Part shown: positions 36,556-41,347 of the stretch, one piece after another
Layout: the number at the start of each line of letters is the position of its first letter
Position numbering within the stretch: the stretch's first letter is position 1
Virus record (IMG/VR): IMGVR_UViG_3300025889_000082
Coordinates: 1-41,347 of that record
Origin: a virus
Taxonomy: Duplodnaviria > Heunggongvirae > Uroviricota > Caudoviricetes
Direction: 5' to 3' (one strand)
DNA length: 41,347 bases
Notes under the pieces: generated by a model
Told to the model about the DNA's origin: nothing
Database searches by the model: none
Seen by the model: only the letters and a program-made list of their open reading frames with translations
Made by a program: the position numbers and the translations under genes

Positions 36556-37665
36556 ATGGCAATACCAAGTAGACAGATAGGCTGGGGCACAACAGACAAC
36601 TTGTTGTGGGAAATCTCTAAACAGATAGAGGGCATTGGTTGTATCATTGCGTGTGGTACTTCTGGGTATGGTACGTCAGGTACATCAGGATACTCAGGAG
36701 ATAAGTATTTAACTACATCTAGTAGTTCATTTACACTAGGTACTTCTACAACATTAACTGTTGGAACTGGTTTAGCTTACACTGTAGCCCAAGACATCAT
36801 CATAGCACATGATATTGATAATCATCAAACTTGTATGGTTGAAAGCTATGATCCTGTTACAGGTATAATGGTTATAGGTCCTCCTTTTACAGTTACTGGT
36901 AGTGGAACCTATACATCTTGGTTTATTAATCTTGATGGAGCAGCTGGGGGTAATGGTACAAGTGGCACTTCTGGAACTTCTGGGTCATCAGGGTCATCTG
37001 GTTCTAGTGGAACTACAGGAACTAGTGGATCTTCAGGTAGCTCAGGAACTAGTGGAATAAAAGGAACAAGTGGCACTAGTGGTACAAATGGCTCTTCTGG
37101 TACTGCTGGAACAAGTGGGTCTTCAGGAACTTCTCCTGTGTTTCCTTTTCCAACAGTATTTGGATTATTCTCTCAAACAGGTGATAGTACTCCAGTTACA
37201 AATACAGTAACAGAAACAACAATCATTAATGGTGGTGTTGGTACACTGACTGTAGGAGCTAATCAATTTTCTGTTGGTGATAGTTTTAGAGCAGACTTTG
37301 GTGGTGTTGTAAGCACTGGTAATAATCAAACTATTAGACTTAGAGTGAAAGCAGGATCTGTAATATTGTTAGATAGTGGAGCACAGAATATAAATAATGT
37401 TACTAACAATGTTTGGTCTTTATCAATCAACTTTACTATTAGACAGTTAGGTGCTGCAGGTGTAGCGTCAATTGTTTCTTTAGGAACATTTAATTATGCT
37501 AAGACAGTAAATGGTACTGTGGAAGGATTTTCTTTCAATACTGTGAATAACACTACATTTAACACAACAGTTAGTAATACATTAGATGTTACAGTTGAAT
37601 GGGGTGCTGCTACTACAGCAAATACTATCTATAGTGACATATTTGTATTAAATAAAATATATTAA
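36556..37665 (+). CDS. Short fibre/decoration protein with Gly-Thr-Ser repeat
   Basis: MAIPSRQIGW N-terminal module; about 95-aa domain paralogous to the long fibre; about 60 aa of GTS/GSS; beta-rich C-terminal domain. Confidence 0.7.
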   Translation: MAIPSRQIGWGTTDNLLWEISKQIEGIGCIIACGTSGYGTSGTSGYSGDKYLTTSSSSFTLGTSTTLTVGTGLAYTVAQDIIIAHDIDNHQTCMVESYDPVTGIMVIGPPFTVTGSGTYTSWFINLDGAAGGNGTSGTSGTSGSSGSSGSSGTTGTSGSSGSSGTSGIKGTSGTSGTNGSSGTAGTSGSSGTSPVFPFPTVFGLFSQTGDSTPVTNTVTETTIINGGVGTLTVGANQFSVGDSFRADFGGVVSTGNNQTIRLRVKAGSVILLDSGAQNINNVTNNVWSLSINFTIRQLGAAGVASIVSLGTFNYAKTVNGTVEGFSFNTVNNTTFNTTVSNTLDVTVEWGAATTANTIYSDIFVLNKIY

Positions 37666-37667
37666 TA

Positions 37668-37805
37668 ATGGCAATACCTTCTAGACAAATAGGATGGAGT
37701 ACAACTGATAATTTGCTTTGGCAAATATCCAAGCAATTGGAGTATTTGACACAAGTGACAGCTAATGGTACTACTACAACCACTACTACAACAGCAGCTC
37801 CTTAA
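37668..37805 (+). CDS. 45-aa mini-protein: shared N-terminal module plus poly-Thr tail, missing from the ORF track
   Basis: MAIPSRQIGWSTTDNLLWQISKQLEYLTQVTANGTTTTTTTTAAP; the first 25 aa nearly duplicate the upstream gene. Confidence 0.85.
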   Translation: MAIPSRQIGWSTTDNLLWQISKQLEYLTQVTANGTTTTTTTTAAP

Positions 37806-37832
37806 TAGGAACAAAACCAACAAACTACATAT

Positions 37833-38849
37833 ATGAAGGATTTAAAATTTATCTGTGCACAACCAGATGATGTCTACTATACATGGCAGGTTCATCTTTG
37901 GTTGGAAAGCTTGAAGAAGCTTGGACATTCAGACAAGGCAATTGTTTTAGTGTACACACCCAGTTTCAGAGAATACAATAAGAAGTGGGAAAAGATAATG
38001 GAACTGTATCCAGAAGCAGACTTTGCTTTCTATAAGGATACAGGAGATGTAAGTCAATACTTAGGAGTATATATTCCTATCCTACGTCCATATTGCTTAA
38101 TGAGATATTTCCAGGACCATCCTGAGATGGTTACCAAAGCAGTGTTTTATTGTGATTGTGATGTAATCTTCACAGAGAAATTTGACCTTGAGAAATTCAA
38201 GGATGATGATGTTAACTACTTATCTGATACAAACAGTTATATTAGTGCTTCATATTTTGATAGTAAATTAAAAGATGTTCTTCCTGATAAACTGGAAGAA
38301 TACAAAACTAGAGATGTTCTAGCTGAGGTGACAAGTTTAGTGGGCATCAGTAGAGAAATAGCTGAAGCTAACAATGATCACTCAGGAGGAGCTCAGTATT
38401 TCCTAAAGAATGTAGACTCTGAGTTTTGGAAGAAGGTGATGAATGACTGTATACTAATACGTGTCTACCTTCAGAATATAAACAAAGCTTTCTTTAAAGA
38501 TGAAAACAAAGGGTTTCAAAGTTGGTGTGCTGACATGTGGGCTGTCCTTTGGAACATATGGCTTAGAGAGAAAGAAACTAAAAACATTCCTGAATTAGAA
38601 TTCTGTTGGTCTTCAGATCCTATCGAGAAACTAGAGAGAACAACACTATTGCATAATGCAGGTATTACAGGACAGAACACCATGGGCTATCCTGCTTTTT
38701 ATAAAGGAGCATATCACACTGGTAAAGATCCTTTTCAAGATACACACTTAGATAAGGTGTTAAATAATGAGGAGTCTAAGAAACGTGCAACTCATTACTA
38801 TCTAAGTCAACTTATTGAATTAAAAAACAAATATAACCTTAACTATTAA
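37833..38849 (+). CDS. GT-A glycosyltransferase resembling plant peptidyl-Ser galactosyltransferase (SGT1/GT96) and Hyp O-arabinosyltransferase (HPAT/GT95)
   Basis: DDVYYTWQ, ILRPYCLMRYF, DCDVIF, GGAQYFL and WCADMWA occur in the same order as recalled HPAT/SGT1 motifs (Y.xWQ, N[RK]P, DxD, W..EMY). Confidence 0.65.
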   Translation: MKDLKFICAQPDDVYYTWQVHLWLESLKKLGHSDKAIVLVYTPSFREYNKKWEKIMELYPEADFAFYKDTGDVSQYLGVYIPILRPYCLMRYFQDHPEMVTKAVFYCDCDVIFTEKFDLEKFKDDDVNYLSDTNSYISASYFDSKLKDVLPDKLEEYKTRDVLAEVTSLVGISREIAEANNDHSGGAQYFLKNVDSEFWKKVMNDCILIRVYLQNINKAFFKDENKGFQSWCADMWAVLWNIWLREKETKNIPELEFCWSSDPIEKLERTTLLHNAGITGQNTMGYPAFYKGAYHTGKDPFQDTHLDKVLNNEESKKRATHYYLSQLIELKNKYNLNY

Positions 38850-38868
38850 CCTAATTAAAAAAACAATT

Positions 38869-39078
38869 ATGGGAAGCAATCAAAATTTAAAAGCTTATGT
38901 TCGCTATGATGGTAGTGGCAGAGTAGTTGCAGGTAGTCTTATCTTTAGAGTTAAGAAGCCTACAGTGGGAAGATGGCATGAAATTGCTATTACAGAATGT
39001 TGTGAGTATGTACCTACAACTACAACAACAACAACAGCAGCTCCTACAACAACAACAACTACTACAGCGGCTCCTTAA
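38869..39078 (+). CDS. Small Cys-containing protein with (T7AAP)x2 tail
   Basis: LKAYVRYDGSGRVVAGSL...WHEI...CC followed by PTTTTTTTAAPTTTTTTTAAP. Confidence 0.8.
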   Translation: MGSNQNLKAYVRYDGSGRVVAGSLIFRVKKPTVGRWHEIAITECCEYVPTTTTTTTAAPTTTTTTTAAP

Positions 39079-39088
39079 AATAAAACTA

Positions 39089-39508
39089 ATGGCAAAATCA
39101 TTATTTCCAGAAGAAATGTTGAGTAAAGGAGGGAGTGAACTATCCTTGGATAAGATCAAAGCAAAACTTAATTACTTTGAACTTCAATTACATGAACTAC
39201 ATTGGCAAACAAAAAGCTTTGCAGAACATAGTGCCTTAGGTGGTATCTATGACAAAGTGTTTGACCTTAAAGATGAGATTGTAGAGAAGATCATGGGCTA
39301 TACAGGAACTAGAACAAAAGCTATGCCTATAGAACCAATTAAGGATTATGCTGTTGGTATGTCTGAGAAGGTGGTTACTGAATTAGAAACCTTTGCTAAA
39401 CAACTTGAAGCATTTGGGGCATCAAATAACATGCCTGATATTGAAAACATAGCACAATCTCTATCTGGAGAAGCTGCTCAAACTAAGTATAGATTAACCT
39501 TGTCTTAA
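39089..39508 (+). CDS. Ferritin/Dps-like four-helix protein (DUF5856-like)
   Basis: Likely start at 39089 (MAKSLF). LHELHWQTKSFAEHSALGGIYD...DEIVEKIMG...IENIAQ is a ferritin-like pattern. Confidence 0.75.
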   Translation: MAKSLFPEEMLSKGGSELSLDKIKAKLNYFELQLHELHWQTKSFAEHSALGGIYDKVFDLKDEIVEKIMGYTGTRTKAMPIEPIKDYAVGMSEKVVTELETFAKQLEAFGASNNMPDIENIAQSLSGEAAQTKYRLTLS

Positions 39509-39798
39509 TGCAAGTAAATAAAAAATTCTTTCCTCAAGTGATGCAAGATAATGAATTAGCATATTTTGCACATCTTGAGGGAATTATTGCATCTGTAGAC
39601 GAATTGTCTACACTTGAAATTACTAAGAACCCTCTATCATATCATTTTAGATTGGCCCCCTCATTGCCTAAATACAATGAGATGTTGCTACAAGAGATTC
39701 TGAAACTACATAATTTGTTTCAAATCAAGCTTAACCTATCTAAAAGTATAAAGAGTTCTGCAACTATAGTGTTTGAAATAAATTTGGAAAATATATAA
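39508..39798 (+). CDS. Hypothetical protein
   Basis: 96-aa ORF coupled to the previous gene (TAATG). Confidence 0.65.
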   Translation: MQVNKKFFPQVMQDNELAYFAHLEGIIASVDELSTLEITKNPLSYHFRLAPSLPKYNEMLLQEILKLHNLFQIKLNLSKSIKSSATIVFEINLENI

Positions 39799-39814
39799 CT
39801 TTTCCATATCTTTG
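39783..39814 (+). promoter_or_regulatory. Bacteroidota primary-sigma promoter TTTG-N20-TATCTTTG
   Basis: Exact consensus, 17 nt upstream of the ATG at 39832. Confidence 0.75.
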
Positions 39815-39831
39815 TGATTAAAACAAAAATT

Positions 39832-40128
39832 ATGTCAGAAGAAATTAAAGAATTTGCTCCAGTGGTAGACTTAAATCAAGCTTCTCAAGAAGCTCCTAAG
39901 TTTGATCCTAGTAAGAAATACACATGGTCTCCTAATGACACATTTGTATTTAGTGGCTCTGAATTTGGTGTTGTATTAAATGCATTGCGTGCTACATTAT
40001 CTACACAAGAAGCTGCTCGTATCCTATTAGCTAATGAAGCCCACGCTGTGGTAGAATCTGCATTAGGTAAGGCTGTAGAAGCTGGTGTAGTTAAAGAAGT
40101 GCCAGAAACTCCTAAAAATAGTTTATAA
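39832..40128 (+). CDS. Hypothetical protein
   Basis: Likely start MSEEIKEF at 39832, since the listed GTG start lies inside the promoter. Confidence 0.65.
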   Translation: MSEEIKEFAPVVDLNQASQEAPKFDPSKKYTWSPNDTFVFSGSEFGVVLNALRATLSTQEAARILLANEAHAVVESALGKAVEAGVVKEVPETPKNSL

Positions 40129-40583
40129 TGGTAACAGTAAAAAAAATAAGCAAAACCTCAAAAGGTAAGAAGTATCAAGGTGGTGGATCTATAGATCCTA
40201 CAACTTTTTTTAAAGAGAGAGCTGCAAAAGATACAACAAAACCTTATAACAGAGAAGAGGCAATTTATAACATGAATAGAATCATTCGTGGTGAATTAAA
40301 ACCTGTTGCAAGTAAACCTCGTTCTACAGCAAAAGGTGTAACCAAATATGCTGATGTTAAGGATGGTGATACTACCTACATGACTAAAGGAGAATTTGAA
40401 AGAAAACATTCAGATCTTATCAAAAAGCAAAAAAGTGGTGGTAAATTATTAAAACGTGCTGATGGTTCTAAATCTCCACGTGGTTTGTGGGACAACATTA
40501 GAGCTGCTAAAGGATCTGGAAAGAAGCCTACAGCTGCCATGCTTAAACAAGAAAAGAAAATAAAAGCTAAAACTAAAAAATAA
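40128..40583 (+). CDS. Small basic protein (putative internal virion protein)
   Basis: Lys-rich; YQGGG and QKSGG motifs; GLWDNIRAAK module. Confidence 0.65.
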   Translation: MVTVKKISKTSKGKKYQGGGSIDPTTFFKERAAKDTTKPYNREEAIYNMNRIIRGELKPVASKPRSTAKGVTKYADVKDGDTTYMTKGEFERKHSDLIKKQKSGGKLLKRADGSKSPRGLWDNIRAAKGSGKKPTAAMLKQEKKIKAKTKK

Positions 40584-40939
40584 TGGCAAAGATTAAAAAA
40601 TCTGCAATTGGTAGTATGTCAGGCTTAAAAGCTTCTGACAAACGTGTGGGCCCTGTTGATCCTGCTGGTGCTTGGACTAAGGTTCAAGAAGCAACTCTAG
40701 CTGATGCTAGAATGACTCCTAAGTTAAAGAAAGACAAGGAATTAGGTGCTACCAAAATGAAAAATGGTGGTGCTATGGGACGTTCTGAAAAGTCTTATGG
40801 TTTACATAAGAAGACAGCTGCTCACAAAGAAATCAATCCAGCTACATTCAGAAAAGCTGCTTTAAAGCGTGAATCTGAAGTGATGGAAAAGCGTAGTGGT
40901 GAGATGGCTCCTAAGTTAAAAATGGCTAAAAAGAAATAA
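40583..40939 (+). CDS. Small basic protein (putative internal virion protein)
   Basis: Lys-rich; MKNGG motif. Confidence 0.65.
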   Translation: MAKIKKSAIGSMSGLKASDKRVGPVDPAGAWTKVQEATLADARMTPKLKKDKELGATKMKNGGAMGRSEKSYGLHKKTAAHKEINPATFRKAALKRESEVMEKRSGEMAPKLKMAKKK

Positions 40940-40941
40940 TC

Positions 40942-41283
40942 ATGGCAAAAGTTAAAAAGGCACAAACAGGTGCTGATGTTCCTAAAGGATATGTTCGTGG
41001 TGAAATGACTGGCAAACTTATCAAGAAGTCTGTTCAAGACAAATGGGAATCTGGTATGGCTGATGCTTTAGATAAGCAAGCTGGTACTGGTAAATATGCT
41101 AAGAAACCTGTTGCAACTAAAAAGGCAGCTCCTAAAGCTAAAGATGGTAAATGGATTCAGAAAGCAATCAACCCTAAACATAAAGGTTATTGCACTCCAA
41201 TGACCAAAGCTACTTGTACTCCTAAGAGAAAAGCATTAGCTAAAACTCTTAAGGCTATGGGTAGAGCTAGAAAAAACAAATAA
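40942..41283 (+). CDS. Small basic protein (putative internal virion protein)
   Basis: AQTGA and AKDGK motifs; KWIQKAI...KRKALAKTLK module; CTPMTKATC. Confidence 0.65.
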   Translation: MAKVKKAQTGADVPKGYVRGEMTGKLIKKSVQDKWESGMADALDKQAGTGKYAKKPVATKKAAPKAKDGKWIQKAINPKHKGYCTPMTKATCTPKRKALAKTLKAMGRARKNK

Positions 41284-41285
41284 CT

Positions 41286-41347
41286 ATGGCTAGAATACCT
41301 AAAGCAAAAGTGTATAACCCACAGAAAGCTGAAGCTTATGTAGGTAA
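41286..41347 (+). CDS. Partial CDS, 3'-truncated by the window
   Basis: MARIPKAKVYNPQKAEAYVG... stays open to the window end. Confidence 0.5.
   Translation, partial: MARIPKAKVYNPQKAEAYVG

Noticed and set aside
38927-39088. Gln/Leu-rich N-terminal extension of the ferritin-like ORF
   Set aside because: Alternate-frame reading of the poly-Thr gene; an A-rich ATG at 39089 is the plausible start.
2-41347. Stop-codon reassignment (TAG or TGA), as in some crAss-like lineages
   Set aside because: ORFs of 1800-2600 codons read through in the standard code. TAG and TGA occur only at natural gene ends, including ATGA overlaps and promoter-containing gaps.

Overview
An AT-rich, densely coding late/virion region of a large tailed phage, most likely crAss-like (Crassvirales or a relative) infecting a Bacteroidota host. 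The host call rests on TTTG-N20-TAnnTTTG promoters, A-rich starts without Shine-Dalgarno sites and D-(S/T)-x sequons in exported proteins. Gene order: (i) a 5'-truncated >2650-aa virion RNA polymerase (GSDFDIDK catalytic loop, HEVFH zincin motif); (ii) a 1853-aa polyvalent cargo protein (ART-like, PD-(D/E)xK and TM segments); (iii) a 1882-aa fibre with about 900 aa of Gly-X-Ser repeats and an S74 chaperone, plus accessory genes; (iv) an inverted 7-gene glycosylation operon including an AAH/TibC (BAHT)-like protein O-glycosyltransferase; (v) a lysis cassette with a GH19 endolysin; (vi) an envelope module (CsgG-like, cohesin/dockerin-like, T9SS-CTD-like lipoprotein, beta-barrel); (vii) a second Gly-Thr-Ser fibre and poly-Thr mini-proteins flanking a plant SGT1/HPAT-like glycosyltransferase; (viii) a ferritin-like protein and small basic proteins. 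The leading hypothesis is a phage-encoded virion protein O-glycosylation system with both enzymes and Ser/Thr acceptor proteins in the window. All family calls come from motif recognition by eye; no database searches were run.
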